A DNA stretch of 64,000 bases, taken from the NCBI GenBank assembly GCA_964016885.1, contig OZ024754.1, forward strand, positions 17,236,001-17,300,000, read 5' to 3'. The DNA comes from Eledone cirrhosa (Eukaryota). The notes below the pieces were generated by a model. That model made no database searches. It was not told the origin of the DNA and worked only from the letters and a program-made list of their open reading frames with translations. Numbering within the stretch: the stretch's first letter is position 1; every line of letters starts with the position of its first letter. The position numbers were made by a program, and so were the translations under genes. Below are positions 14,501-29,019 of this stretch, in pieces.

Positions 14501-17500
14501 TGTATCTACTCTAAAATAGGTACATTGTATCTAGTTTAAAATAGGTACATTGTATCTAGTTTAATATAGGTACAGTGTATCTAGTCTAAAATAGGTACAT
14601 TGTATCTAGTTTAATATAGGTACAGTGTATCTAGTCTAAAATAGGTACATTGTATCTAGTCTAAAATAGGTACATTGTATCTAGTTTAATATAGGTACAG
14701 TGTATCTAGTCTAATATAGGTACATTGTATCTAGTTTAATATAGGTACAGTGTATCTATTCTTAAATAGGTACATTGTATCTAGCCTAAAATAGGTACAT
14801 TGTATCTAGTCTAAAATAGGTACATTGTATCTAGTCTAATATAGGTACAGTGTATCTAGTCTAAAATAGGTACATCGTATCTAGTTTAATATAGGTACAT
14901 TGTATCTAGTTTAATATAGGTACATTGTATCTAGTTTAATATAGGTACATTGTATCTAGTCTAAAATAGGTACATTGTATCTAGTCTAAAATAGGTACAG
15001 TGTATCTAGTCCAATATAGGTACATTGTATCTAGTCTAAAATAGGTACATTGTATCTAGTCTAAAATAGGTACAGTGTATCTAGTCTAAAATAGGTACAT
15101 TGTATCTAGTCTAAAATAGGTACATTGTATCTAGTCTAATATAGGTACATTGTATCTAGTCTAAAATAGGTACATTGTATCTAGTCTAAAATAGGTACAG
15201 TGTATCTAGTCTAAAATAGGTACAGTGTATCTAGTCTAATATAGGTACAGTGTATCTAGTCTAAAATAGGTACAGTGTATCTAGTCTAATATAGGTACAT
15301 TGTATCTACTCTAAAATAGGTACATTGTATCTAGTTTAAAATAGGTACATTGTATCTAGTTTAATATAGGTACAGTGTATCTAGTCTAAAATAGGTACAT
15401 TGTATCTAGTTTAATATAGGTACAGTGTATCTAGTCTAAAATAGGTACATTGTATCTAGTCTAAAATAGGTACATTGTATCTAGTTTAATATAGGTACAG
15501 TGTATCTAGTCTAATATAGGTACATTGTATCTAGTTTAATATAGGTACAGTGTATCTATTCTTAAATAGGTACATTGTATCTAGCCTAAAATAGGTACAT
15601 TGTATCTAGTCTAAAATAGGTACAGTGTATCTAGTCTAAAATAGGTACAGTGTATCTAGTCTAATATAGGTACAGTGTATCTAGTCTAAAATAGGTACAG
15701 TGTATCTAGTCTAATATAGGTACATTGTATCTACTCTAAAATAGGTACATTGTATCTAGTTTAAAATAGGTACATTGTATCTAGTTTAATATAGGTACAG
15801 TGTATCTAGTCTAAAATAGGTACATTGTATCTAGTTTAATATAGGTACAGTGTATCTAGTCTAAAATAGGTACATTGTATCTAGTCTAAAATAGGTACAT
15901 TGTATCTAGTTTAATATAGGTACAGTGTATCTAGTCTAATATAGGTACATTGTATCTAGTTTAATATAGGTACAGTGTATCTATTCTTAAATAGGTACAT
16001 TGTATCTAGCCTAAAATAGGTACATTGTATCTAGTCTAAAATAGGTACAGTGTATCTAGTTTAATATAGGTACATTGTATCTCGTCTAATATAGGTACAT
16101 TGTATCTAGTCTAGTATAGGTACATTGTATCTAGTCTAAAATAGGTTCATTGTATCTAGTCTAAAATAGGTACATTGTATCTAGTCTAATATAGGTACAT
16201 TGTATCTAGTCTAATATAGGTACATTGTATCTAGTCTAAAATAGGTACATTGTATCTAGTCTAAAATAGGTACATTGTATCTAGTTTAATATAGGTACAG
16301 TGTATCTATTCTTAAATAGGTACATTGTATCTAGTCTAATATATGTACATTGTATCTATTCTTAAATAGGTACATTGTATCTAGTCTAGTATAGGTACAT
16401 TGTATCTATTCTAATATAGGTACATTGTATCTAGCCTAAAATAGGTACATTGTATCTAGTCTAAAATAGGTACAGTGTATCTAGTTTAATATAGGTACAT
16501 TGTATCTTGTCTAATATAGGTACATTGTATCTAGTCTAGTATAGGTACATTGTATCTAGTCTAAAATAGGTACATTGTATCTAGTCTAAAATAGGTACAT
16601 TGTATCTAGTCTAAAATAGGTACATTGTATCTAGTCTAATATAGGTACATTGTATCTAGTCTAAAATAGGTACATTGTATCTAGTCTAAAATAGGTACAT
16701 TGTATCTAGTCTAATATAGGTACATTGTATCTAGTCTAGTATAGGTACATTGTATCTAGTTTAATATAGGTACAGTGTATCTAGTCTAAAATAGGTACAT
16801 TGTATCTAGTTTAATATAGGTACAGTGTATCTAGTTTAATATAGGTACAGTGTATCTAGTCAAAAATAGGTACATTGTATCTAGTCTAAAATAGGTACAT
16901 TGTATCTAGTCTAAAATAGGTACATTGTATCTAGTCTAATATAGGTACATTGTATCTAGTTTAATATAGGTACATTGTATCTAGTTTAATATAGGTACAT
17001 TGTATCTAGTCTAATATAGGTACATTGTATCTAGTCTAATATAGGTACATTGTATCTAGTTTAATATAGGTACATTGTATCTAGTTTAATATAGGTACAT
17101 TGTATCTTGTCTAATATAGGTACATTGTATCTAGTCTAATATAGGTACATTGTATCAAGTCTAATATAGGTACATTGTATCTAGTTTAATATAGGTACAG
17201 TGTATCTAGTCTAATATAGGTACAGTGTATCTAGTCTAATATAGGTACATTGTATCTAGTCTAATATAGGTACATTGTATCTAGTCTAAAATAGGTACAT
17301 TGTATCTAGTCTAATATAGGTACATTGTATCTAGTCTAATATAGGTACATTGTATCTAGTCTAAAATAGGTACAGTGTATCTAGTTTAAAATAGGTACAT
17401 TGTATCTAGTTTAATATAGCTACATTGTATCTAGTCTAAAATAGGTACATTGTATCTAGTTTAATATAGGTACATTGTATCTAGTCTAAAATAGGTACAT

Positions 17501-20500
17501 TGTATCTAGTCTAATATAGGTACAGTGTATCTAGTTTAATATAGGTACATAGTATCTAGTTTAATATAGGTACATTGTATCTAGTTTAATATAGGTACAT
17601 TGTATCTAGTTTAATATAGGAACAGTGTATCTAGTCTAAAATAGGTACAGTGTATCTAGTCTAAAATAGGTACATTGTATCTAGTTTAATATAGGTACAG
17701 TGTATCTAGTCTAATATAGGTACATTGTATCTAGTTTAATATAGGTACATAGTATCTAGTCTAAAATAGGTACATTGTATCTAGTCTAATATAGGTACAT
17801 TGTATCTAGTCTAAAATAGGTACATTGTATCTAGTCTAAAATAGGTACATTGTATCTAGTCTAATATAGGTACATTGTATCTAGTCTAATATAGGTACAT
17901 AGTATCTAGTCTAAAATAGGTACATTGTATCTAGTCTAATATAGGTACATTGTATCTAGTCTAATATAGGTACAGTGTATTTAGTCTAAAATAGGTACAT
18001 TGTATCTAGTTTAAAATAGGTACATTGTATCTAGTCTAAAATAGGTACATTGTATCTAGTCTAATATAGGTACAGTGTATCTAGTTTAATATAGGTACAT
18101 AGTATCTAGTTTAATATAGGTACATTGTATCTAGTTTAATATAGGTACATTGTATCTAGTTTAATATAGGAACAGTGTATCTAGTCTAAAATAGGTACAG
18201 TGTATCTAGTCTAAAATAGGTACATTGTATCTAGTTTAATATAGGTACAGTGTATCTAGTCTAATATAGGTACATTGTATCTAGTTTAATATAGGTACAT
18301 AGTATCTAGTCTAAAATAGGTACATTGTATCTAGTCTAATATAGGTACATTGTATCTAGTCTAAAATAGGTACATTGTATCTAGTCTAAAATAGGTACAT
18401 TGTATCTAGTCTAATATAGGTACATTGTATCTAGTCTAATATAGGTACATAGTATCTAGTCTAAAATAGGTACATTGTATCTAGTCTAATATAGGTACAT
18501 TGTATCTAGTCTAATATAGGTACAGTGTATTTAGTCTAAAATAGGTACATTGTATCTAGTTTAAAATAGGTACATTGTATCTAGTCTAAAATAGGTACAG
18601 TGTATCTAATCTAAAATAGGTACAGTGTATCTAGTTTAATATAGGTACAGTGTATCTAGTCTAATATAGGTACATTGTATCTAGTTTAATATAGGTACAT
18701 TGTATCTAGTCTAAAATAGGTACATTGTATCTAGTTTAATATAGGTACATTGTATCTAGTCTAAAATAGGTACAGTGTATCTAGTTTAAAATAGGTACAT
18801 TGTATCTAGTCTAGTATAGGTACAGTGTATCTAGTCTAATATAGGTACATTGTATCTAGTTTAATATAGGTACATTGTATCTAGTTTAATATAGGTACAT
18901 TGTATCTAGTCTAAAATAGGTACATTGTATCTAGTCTAAAATAGCTACAGTGTATCTAGTCTAATATAGGTACATTGTATCTAGTCTAAAATAGGTACAT
19001 TGTATCTAGTCTAATATAGGTACAGTGTATCTAGTCTAAAATAGGTACATTGTATCTAGTCTAAAATAGGTACATTGTATCTAGTCTAATATAGGTACAG
19101 TGTATCTAGTCTAAAATAGGTACATCGTATCTAGTTTAATATAGGTACATTGTATCTAGTTTAATATAGGTACATTGTATCTAGTTTAATATAGGTACAT
19201 TGTATCTAGTCTAAAATAGGTACATTGTATCTAATCTAAAATAGGTACAGTGTATCTAGTCTAATATAGGTACATTGTATCTAGTCTAAAATAGGTACAT
19301 TGTATCTAGTCTAAAATAGGTACAGTGTATCTAGTCTAAAATAGGTACATTGTATCTAGTCTAAAATAGGTACATTGTATCTAGTCTAATATAGGTACAT
19401 TGTATCTAGTCTAAAATAGGTACATTGTATCTAGTCTAAAATAGGTACAGTGTATCTAGTCTAAAATAGGTACAGTGTATCTAGTCTAATATAGGTACAT
19501 TGTATCTACTCTAAAATAGGTACATTGTATCTAGTTTAAAATAGGTACATTGTATCTAGTTTAATATAGGTACAGTGTATCTAGTCTAAAATAGGTACAT
19601 TGTATCTAGTTTAATATAGGTACAGTGTATCTAGTCTAAAATAGGTACATTGTATCTAGTCTAAAATAGGTACATTGTATCTAGTTTAATATAGGTACAG
19701 TGTATCTAGTCTAATATAGGTACATTGTATCTAGTTTAATATAGGTACAGTGTATCTATTCTTAAATAGGTACATTGTATCTAGCCTAAAATAGGTACAT
19801 TGTATCTAGTTTAATATAGGTACATTGTATCTAGTCTAATATAGGTACATTGTATCTAGTCTAGTATAGGTACATTGTATCTATTCTAATATAGGTACAT
19901 TGTATCTAGCCTAAAATAGGTACATTGTATCTAGTCTAAAATAGGTACAGTGTATCTAGTTTAATATAGGTACATTGTATCTCGTCTAATATAGGTACAT
20001 TGTATCTAGTCTAGTATAGGTACATTGTATCTAGTCTAAAATAGGTTCATTGAATCTAGTCTAAAATAGGTACATTGTATCTAGTCTAATATAGGTACAT
20101 TGTATCTAGTCTAATATAGGTACATTGTATCTAGTCTAAAATAGGTACATTGTATCTAGTCTAAAATAGGTACATTGTATCTAGTTTAATATAGGTACAG
20201 TGTATCTATTCTTAAATAGGTACATTGTATCTAGTCTAATATATGTACATTGTATCTATTCTTAAATAGGTACATTGTATCTAGTCTAGTATAGGTACAT
20301 TGTATCTATTCTAATATAGGTACATTGTATCTAGCCTAAAATAGGTACATTGTATCTAGTCTAAAATAGGTACAGTGTATCTAGTTTAATATAGGTACAT
20401 TGTATCTAGTCTAATATAGGTACATTGTATCTAGTCTAGTATAGGTACATTGTATCTAGTCTAAAATAGGTACATTGTATCTAGTCTAAAATAGGTACAT

Positions 20501-21229
20501 TGTATCTAGTCTAAAATAGGTACATTGTATCTAGTTTAATATAGGTACATTGTATCTAGTCTAATATAGGTACATTGTATCTAGTCTAGTATAGGTACAT
20601 TGTATCTAGTCTAAAATAGGTACATTGTATCTAGTCTAAAATAGGTACATTGTATCTAGTCTAAAATAGGTACATTGTATCTAGTTTAATATAGGTACAG
20701 TGTATCTATTCTTAAATAGGTACATTGTATCTAGCCTAAAATAGGTACATTGTATCTAGTTTAATATAGGTACATTGTATCTAGTCTAGTATAGGTACAT
20801 TGTATCTAGTCTAATATAGGTACATTGTATCTATTCTAATATAGGTACATTGTATCTATTCTAATATAGGTACATTGTATCTAGTCTAATATAGGTACAT
20901 TGTATCTGGTTTAAAATAGGTACAGTGTATCTAGTCTAAAATAGGTACATTGTATCTAGTCTAAAATAGGTACATTGTATCTAGTCTAAAATAGGTACAT
21001 TGTATCTAGTTTAAAATAGGTACATTGTATCTAGTCTAATATAGGTACATTGTATCTAGTCTAATATAGGTACCTTGTATCTAGTCTAAAATAGGTACAT
21101 TGTATCTATTGTAATATAGGTACATTGTATCTGGTTTAAAATAGGTACATTGTATCTATTCTAATATAGGTACATTGTATCTGGTTTAAAATAGGTACAT
21201 TGTATCTGGATTAATACAGGTACATTGTA
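5580..21229. repeat. 25-bp satellite array, ~625 copies, with higher-order block duplications
   Basis: Unit ataggtaca(t/g)tgtatctagt(t/c)taa(t/a). Register is kept across ~15.6 kb. Rare variants recur at fixed offsets of 1550, 2050, 425, 550 and 3900 bp. Confidence 0.99.
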
Positions 21230-22099
21230 GAGTGTTGCACAATGTATATTATGGAAATTGGTTACATATAAAGTCAATAAAATAGGTACCAGTTAAATTT
21301 TGGGTTCAATATATTTGGTGATGCCCCATCACGCCCACAATCCAATGACTGAAACCAATAAAAGAATATCACAAAACTCATTCAAGCTTTTTACTGTATT
21401 AATTAACTTAAAAAATTGTAAAACATTTGATTAGAATATATAAATGTATATACCACTCATTTAACTGTACAAATTAATTTAATTTAATTTGGATTTTATT
21501 GGATTAGTTAAACTGATATCATCCTCATCAAGGCATCTGCACTTTTAACATTATTTAGATTTCATTGAAAAACAGTTATAATCTGAACATATGCAAAACA
21601 TTTCAACATTATATGACATTTTTTTAGTGATTTGAAAACTGAAAACTTTGTATTTGACAGTAAATTATAAATAAACTGATCATATTTTTAAATTCCCGGA
21701 AAATACACTATTTTTGTTGTTTTCATTGATATTTACAAACAGCTTTCATAAATATTGAAACTATCATCATCACCATTTAACATCCGCTTTCCCACAACTT
21801 GCTTATATACAGTGGGATGCTCTTCCTAACTCCAACCACTTCACAGGGTGTACATTTTATTGAGGCACTGTCACCAGTGTGGTTGTCATATCCTTGACAC
21901 AATTGAAGATTATTCTCAACTTTTTGTTTGACATGGTTCCTATGGATAGATGTCCTTTCTGATGCCTACCATTTTCTATATTAACCTTTTCATGACTGTA
22001 TCTCTAATGAAATACACTTTACTTCAATTAAAGAATGAAGAATTTTGAAGGGTTTACTTTTGAAGGGTTATTATTTCATTACTAAGATAGTAATTTAAC

Positions 22100-22387
22100 A
22101 TCAGTCTACATTGTAAAGTGGTTGTGTAGGTGTCACAACAAAAAGCACCCAGTCCACACTGTAAAGTGGTCTTGTAGGTGTCACAACAAAAAACACCCAT
22201 TCCACTCTGTAAATGTGGTTGGTGTTAGGAAGGGCATCCAGCTGTAGAAACCAAGCCAAAACAGCCCAATATGAGCAAGACATGGTCATCAGATCTGGCT
22301 TGGCTCACAAGAGAACTTGTTTAACCCATGCTAGTGGGGAAAAATGGATGTTAAAAGGTGGTGGTGATGATGATGATGATGATGATG
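22100..22387 (+). mobile_element. Family B SINE 3' fragment with (gat)n tail
   Basis: ggttggtgttaggaagggcatccagctgtagaaa domain, followed by a 3' tail ending in gatgatgat. Confidence 0.65.
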
Positions 22388-22462
22388 GCCCTTATATAAA
22401 AGTTGGAAGTACTATGTTTATATTTCTTTTACAATCACTAAATGTTCATCTGTTTATTATAG

Positions 22463-22711
22463 GTTATTGCTGCTGAACCAGTTCAACTGTTAATGAAGCT
22501 TAGAGTTTATTTGGCAAACATCTGGAACATCTGGGACACATGCGCTATCTTGTTTTTCTCTTTAGGAGTGTGTTTGCGGTTCAACGCAGACACTTTACAA
22601 GCCTCTCGTCTTGTTTATATCGTAGATGTTGTTTTATGGTACATACGTATTCTTGAAGTGCTCAGTGTTAATAAATACCTTGGGCCATATCTGAAGATCA
22701 TTTGCAAGCTG
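22463..22711 (+). CDS. TRPM: TRPM channel internal exon (S3-S4 region)
   Basis: AG at 22461-22462 and GT at 22712. 83 codons VIAAEPVQLLMKLRVYLANIWNIWD...WYIRILEVLSVNKYLGPYLKIICKL, matching the TRPM1/3 S3-S4 pattern (WN..D; WYIR.L....VNKYLGPY). Confidence 0.93.
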
Positions 22712-22916
22712 GTAAGTGTGTGCTTCAAAATCTATTATTTTAACCTTTTTGTTACCATACTTCTAATGAAAAACATTCTTTTACTCTTTTACCTGTTTTA
22801 GCCATCTGGCTGAGGCCATGCTGGGGCGCCGCCTATATTTTTCAAATAATTTTGAAAATAATCGAGAATTTGAAAGGATTTTATATTGGATAATGTTTTC
22901 ATTATTAAGCTAGTGA

Positions 22917-23127
22917 GGGCGATGGATTGGTGCTATCGGTTGAGCGTCGGACATCATGCTTCATGGCGTAGAGTTACGGCCCTATGTGTTCTGAGTTCAA
23001 ATCCCACCAAGGTTAGCTTTGCCTTTCATCCTTATGGGGTCGGTAAATAAAGCACTGAGGTCGATTTGATCAACTTTCCCCTCCCCCTTCAAATTGCTGG
23101 CCTTGTGCCTAAAGTAGAAATAATTAT
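22917..23127 (+). mobile_element. tRNA-derived SINE, family A
   Basis: gggcgatggattgg...gagttcaaatccc...gcctttcatcc...gctggccttgtgcctaaagtagaaa, similar to the other copies. Confidence 0.8.
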
Positions 23128-23559
23128 TAAGTTAATGTCTGGACCAGAACTTAACACAGGTTCTTACATAAAAGTATGTTGTAAGGCTTTTAGATTAATA
23201 TAAACTCTTTAAAATAAACAGATTTGAATCATAGAATCATGGGCAGTTTCAGTAGTTTGGTATCAAAAGGCTTAATGAGAAACTATCAAATATTCAAAGA
23301 AAGACTTTGAAGTTGATTTATATTGTAAAATGGTTTTACTTACATACTTTATGATATCAATTTTAAGCTTTTGTTATTCTCAATATTATACATAATCTAC
23401 CCTTCTATATTCTGAGTTCAAATATCACCGAAGTTGGTCAATTCATCTTCAAATATTGGCCTAGTTGGAAGAAAGCAGCCAACTGATTAAAAAAATACAA
23501 ACCTACCAAATATTTCATTAACAAAGTCAACTGATTTTAGAGCTTTTGCTATGTACATT

Positions 23560-23760
23560 TACATGTTTTATCTAGTACCATTACCAAACTTAGATCTACA
23601 TCTCAGAGCTGTTTCTCTTAACTGTTTTATCTAAGACTATTACCATACTTACATCTACATCTCAGAGCTGTTTCTACTGGAAACTGTTTTATCTAGGACT
23701 ATTACCATACTTACATCTACATCTCAGAGCTGTTTCTACTAGCAATTGTTTTGTCTAGGA
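23560..23760. repeat. ~60-bp tandem repeat, ~3 copies
   Basis: ctgttttatctag..ctattaccatacttacatctacatctcagagctgtttct repeated. Confidence 0.8.
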
Positions 23761-24435
23761 CATTTGAATTGTTTTAATAACAAATAAGTAATAGTTTATT
23801 TTAAGAGCAGCAAATTGGCAGAGTTATTAGAACATCGGATAGAATGTTTTGTGTTGTTCATTCTGGTTCTCTGTGCTCTAGAAGTTCAAAACCCTGCCAC
23901 GGTTAACTTTGCCTTTGATCCTTTCGAGGTCGATAAAAAACATGCCAATCCAGTACTAGGGCCAATTATCCTACATATTTACCATAGATTTGGAGACAAC
24001 CTATACTTTGTGAGAGAAATTGGGTAGACAGAAACTGTTTGGAAGCCTATTGGATGGACTATACTTGTAATTCAACAGGCCTACCTTGTCACATACACAC
24101 ACTCTGTCACACTGTCACACATATCTGTGGAATGCTCAGCCACTTACACATTAAATTCATGAGCACGCTGTTCCATTGATTGAACTGGAACACCCATCAT
24201 TGAAACCGACAGAAGTCCATCGTTATCACTATGGTAATTGGAGCTACAAAGTTTATCCAATTGTAATAGATTCAAGAAATTGTGTCTAAATTTGCACACA
24301 CTTCAAACTCCTATCAACATGAAGTAGTTGTAAGGAAAATGAAAATAACTTGAATTTTTGTCATTGATTTTTTTTTAAAGAATAAATAAATAAATAGCAA
24401 GAAGTAAAATATTTTTATTTTTGTCTTTATTTCAG

Positions 24436-24610
24436 CTGAGAGATATGTCATATTTCATCATCATCTTATTCATAGTTTTAATAAGTTTTGGAATAGTTCG
24501 TCAAGCTGTACACTACCAACATGAAGATCCTTCTTGGCACATTGCACGCAATGTCTTCTTTTATCCATACTGGATGATCTACGGAGAGTTGTTTGCTGAA
24601 GAAATAGATC
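24436..24610 (+). CDS. TRPM: TRPM channel exon (S5 and pore helix/filter)
   Basis: ttcAG|CTG start and GT at 24611. LRDMSYFIIILFIVLISFGIVRQAV...PSWHIARNVFFYPYWMIYGELFAEEID. Phase 0 in, phase 1 out. Confidence 0.95.
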
Positions 24611-24788
24611 GTAAGATAGCACAACTTTTTTTGTCTTTTTATAACCTTGCTTTGCCTACTCTTATATTTATGATTAGTTTTAGTAATGAGTGATTTATTT
24701 AGAGGAGAGTGTTTCTTCTGGGATTTAAAGTTACATGAACATTTATTATTTTGAACATTTAGTCAAAGTAAAGAAATAAATAGATAGA

Positions 24789-24997
24789 CTTTAGCATTTA
24801 AACCGGCCATATCCAGCCAGAATTCTCTCACCACTTTCTGTTGAAACTGGCCACAACCGGTTTCTCATACTGATGTTCTCAAAATAAATAATATCAAACT
24901 CTCGTAGATTCGATATGAGAGATAATTATGTGAAATAACGTGTTTACCGTGAAAATACAATAGTATAAATAGAGTAATGTAAATGCTAGGGGGTTAA
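24789..24997. mobile_element. piggyBac-type MITE (degenerate)
   Basis: ctttagcatttaaaccggc...aaatgctagggggTTAA. Reverse-complement relative of 36691-36919. Confidence 0.6.
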
Positions 24998-25564
24998 CAG
25001 TTTGTAATAGTTTAGCAGAAAATATCTAAAAATGATTTTCTTAATTCAAATGTTTATAGTATCTTTTATAGTAAACATTTGCAGTATTATCTCTTAACAT
25101 CCTATAATCTTTTAGCAGAAAATATCTAAAAATGGATTTGTTTTTTTAATTCATGTTTATAGTATTTTTAATGCTGAACAGATCATTGTGAAAATGTGCA
25201 ATGATCTAGAGTTTGATTTTTGTACTTTTTTTAAAATGTCTTGCAAATGTTAAGAGTTAAAGTATTTTTGTTTGATAGGTGAAAAAGATATGTCTTTAAT
25301 GAGGTTTACTAATGATTCTTTTTAAAAGTTTCCTATTATAAGACTTCAGGTTAACAATGCTTAAAGATTGAATCTTGCTTAATTCGATCTCTCACAAAAT
25401 TTCAATTATTTACCTACATAGAATGTAAAAAGAAAAAATTTTTTTCCACATATAGAACAAGAAAAAGAAATGTTTAAAATCAAATTCCAAATCATGTAAT
25501 TAAAGATAGAATCACTAGATTGACAGCAGTCTAACTTGTTTATCACTTTCATTATGATCTACAC

Positions 25565-25760
25565 CAGACATGTCAAACTGAAGCCCCCCCCCCCCCCCCC
25601 GAGGGCCACATGGGTCACATATGTGATGTCTGTGGGCCACACACGACAACTAATTTTACAAAGATAAAACATGCTTGCACTGTAAAAACCTTTGTGTGAA
25701 CCTCAGGTGTGCTTGTAAAGGGCCACGTGGAACCCCTGGGCCGTATGTTTGACATGCCCG
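25565..25760. mobile_element. hAT-type MITE
   Basis: TIRs cagacatgtcaaac / gtttgacatgcccg. 8-bp TSD atctacac at 25557-25564 and 25761-25768. Confidence 0.85.
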
Positions 25761-26859
25761 ATCTACACAATAAAAGCACCCAGTAAACACTGTAAAGTGG
25801 TTGATATTAGGAAAGGCATGCAGCTATAGAAAGCTTGGCAAACAAAGGGTTGGGAGGACCCTTTAGTTATGTCAAGGACATAACACCCTCACAAGTGCTA
25901 ATGATCTACACAATACAAGCACCCAATACACACTGTAAAGTGATTGGTGTTAGGAAGAGCATCAAGCTGTAGAAAGCTTGCCAAACAAGAGAATATTCTT
26001 CAGTTTGTGTCAAAAGAAATGACAACGTCTCCTCTGCACCCGATAATATCCGTACATAGGCAAGATATAGACCTCTATGGCCTATCTGGGATGTCAGTGG
26101 CCTCACTTCAGTACTGACTTTGTCTATGTAGACCCGTCCAGCTCTTGCTAGCAGGAAAAGTGGATGTTAAATGATGATAATGATGATGATTACTATATTT
26201 CTAATGAAATCCACTATATTTCATTTAACTAATGAAGAACTTAGGATTTACTACAATTATTAAGATAGTATTCGTAATATAACTATATGAAAAGTTCTGA
26301 TATCAAATTTGTGCTGGAAGATTTTAATATTTTAATTTAAATATGAAGCCTTTAAAGTGAGTAGCTCTGTCAGATATAAATAAGGTTAAACCATTATTCT
26401 TACATGACTTTTGCTGTGATGAATCTCTGAAAATATCTCCTAGTTAGAAAAGAGATGTGTGGTTTGATTCCCTGCCAGGTCTTCATCAACTTTTCCCCAT
26501 CTCTAGTAGTATGTTACTCAATTTATTTTACTATTATTATCTGAATTGTGGCAACTATATTTTCAAATTTCCCAATGCCTTGTAAGTCAACCAAACTTGT
26601 TTATCACTTCTTATGTTTGAATAAATGAAATTGTATTTATCATGTCCATTCACATATTTTGACTATGTGTTTATCCTATTTAAATATCATCATCATCATC
26701 AGTTCACATCTATTGTTTATGCTAGCATGAGTTAGACAGGTTGCCATGTCCAAAAGCTAGACTAGTCAGGTGACTATGTCTTGCTTACATGTTCTGTTTT
26801 TGGCTTGGTTTCTACTGCTAGATGCCCTTCCTTATGCCAATTACTTTACAGCATATACT

Positions 26860-27310
26860 TGGAGCATTTTATCATGGCACCAGCACTACCACATTACAAG
26901 GTGGACTGAGTGTTTTATCATGGCACCAGCACTACCACATTACAAGGTGGACTGTGTTTTATCATGGCACCAGCACTACCACATTACAGGGTGGACTGAG
27001 TGCATTTTGTCATGGTACCAGCACTACCACATTACAGGGTGGACTGAGTGCATTTTGTCATGGTACCAGCACTACCACATTACAGGGTGGACTGGGTGTG
27101 TTTTGTCATTACACCATCACTACCACCTTATCTGGTGGACAGTGTGCTTTTTGTCATAGCACCAGTATTACCACCTTACATGGTGGATTGGGTGCTATTT
27201 ATCATAGTACCAGCTCTACCTCCTTACAGTGTGGACTGAGTGTTTTTGTCATTGCACCAGCACTACTACATTATAGGGTGGACTGAGTGTTATTTATCAT
27301 ATCACCAGTA
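26860..27310. repeat. 48-bp minisatellite amplified inside a minus-strand family B SINE
   Basis: Unit ttttgtcatggtaccagcactaccacattacagggtggactgagtgca. Adjacent gatgcccttccttatgccaa domain and (cat)n tail at ~26690. Confidence 0.8.
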
Positions 27311-27684
27311 TGTGTTGACTGCTGTAGTTGAACTACAGTTGTGTAACTATGTTTTCCATTTGTTTCATTATACTTAATTTATCACATATTTCCATGAAAT
27401 GGGATAAAAAAGATAAAGTAAAGTTATTGACTATAATTTTCCAATGGGCCAATAAGTGGTTGACTGTCTTTTCTGATGGTGAGAGTGACACGGAAGTATC
27501 AATAGAGGTGGATCTTGAGAGAGTTGGGCTATCTAAACCAACAAACTTTCACAGCTGCTGTTTATATATATCTTTTATCAATATAACTCAACAAAACATA
27601 CATATGCATACAAACACACACTCATACATATGTACATACATATATATACTATCTGTTACACATGCACACTCATACGTATGTTTG

Positions 27685-27868
27685 CCATCATCATCATCAT
27701 CATCATTTTACATCTGCTTTTCCCTGGTTGCAAGGATGGGACGGGCCCTATTCAGCACAGCATCTCTCCATTTGTCATGGTCCTTTGTCATCTCCTCCAT
27801 GAGCTTCAGCGATCTGAGGTCTGCTCTCACCTCCTCCGCCCGTGTTTTTCGTGGTCTTCCTCTACTGC
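27685..27868 (-). mobile_element. RTE-clade LINE 3' fragment
   Basis: Diverged reverse complement of 30300-30478, including the (gat)n tail. Confidence 0.85.
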
Positions 27869-29019
27869 GAGTATAAATATTCTTTTGTGTGTGTGTCTGT
27901 GTAGAGTTTGCTCGACGGTTCCAGTTGTAGTTCCAAAAGTAATCCGGAGAAAAATAGAAAGATTTGAATGGATACAGTTTAGTTGAAAGGAATTTATTGA
28001 CACGTGTTTCTATAACAGTTACATAACCTGAAAACAGCTGCTATCTACAAAGTATTAGTTATGCAGACATTCAATATTTCAATGTTATTATTTACTGTCA
28101 TTTCATTAGAAGGACCTGTCACTGAGGACCTGTTTGGTTTTTATAGAGAATATTAGGAGGGAGGGGTGAAGTTGTTAGAAGAATAGTTGAGGGAGTGGTT
28201 TTTTGATTGCAGTGAGAATTTTTTGGTGGCAGTGAGTAATTAGATTCCCATCTGTTGTTTTGACATTTTTATAGAATATATTATTGGTTATTTTTCTAAA
28301 TCTATAGAAGGATTAGAGATAGTAAAGATATGCGTGGTTGGTTTTGTGTTTGCACTTAATTAACATTCAGACTTAAATTTTTCTTTCAAGTGTACGTATC
28401 CTTTCACCCACGCATTCACACACGAATATATTTGCACACCTCTACAAAATACATATACTCACATTCACATAGTAACATGTTCATACTTACATACATATAC
28501 ACATGCATACATATATATATACACACATGTATTCATGTACATACATACGCGTTCATGTGTATACATTTTTATACTCAACTTATCTTTATATACACACGTA
28601 TAGACACACACATATATACATACATACTCTAGTCTATGTGTATATATATACATATACATATATCTATATATATATATATAAATATATATATATATATTTA
28701 TATATATAAGCACTTTAATACATGAATACACTTACATCTAACTATACACATCAAACATATATATATATTTACTTATTTATATACATTTTCACATATATAT
28801 ACATACTTATGGTCGCTTTTAGACACATTCATTATCGCATTTTTGCACCTATTCTCATCAGCATATCTTTCCATTATTAGTGTGGTAATTTGAGGTTATT
28901 AATATACATATATATGTTGAGAAGAGATTGTTTTTATATTTTTCTAACTAGATTGAGGTTTATATAGTTGGGGGCATGTCCCTCTTTTATGTAATATTCG
29001 GCTTGTAGTGGGAAAAAAG

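Noticed and set aside
26770-27286. His/Trp/Cys repeat proteins (also 38357-38872)
   Set aside because: Open in all frames because they translate a 48-bp SINE-derived minisatellite.
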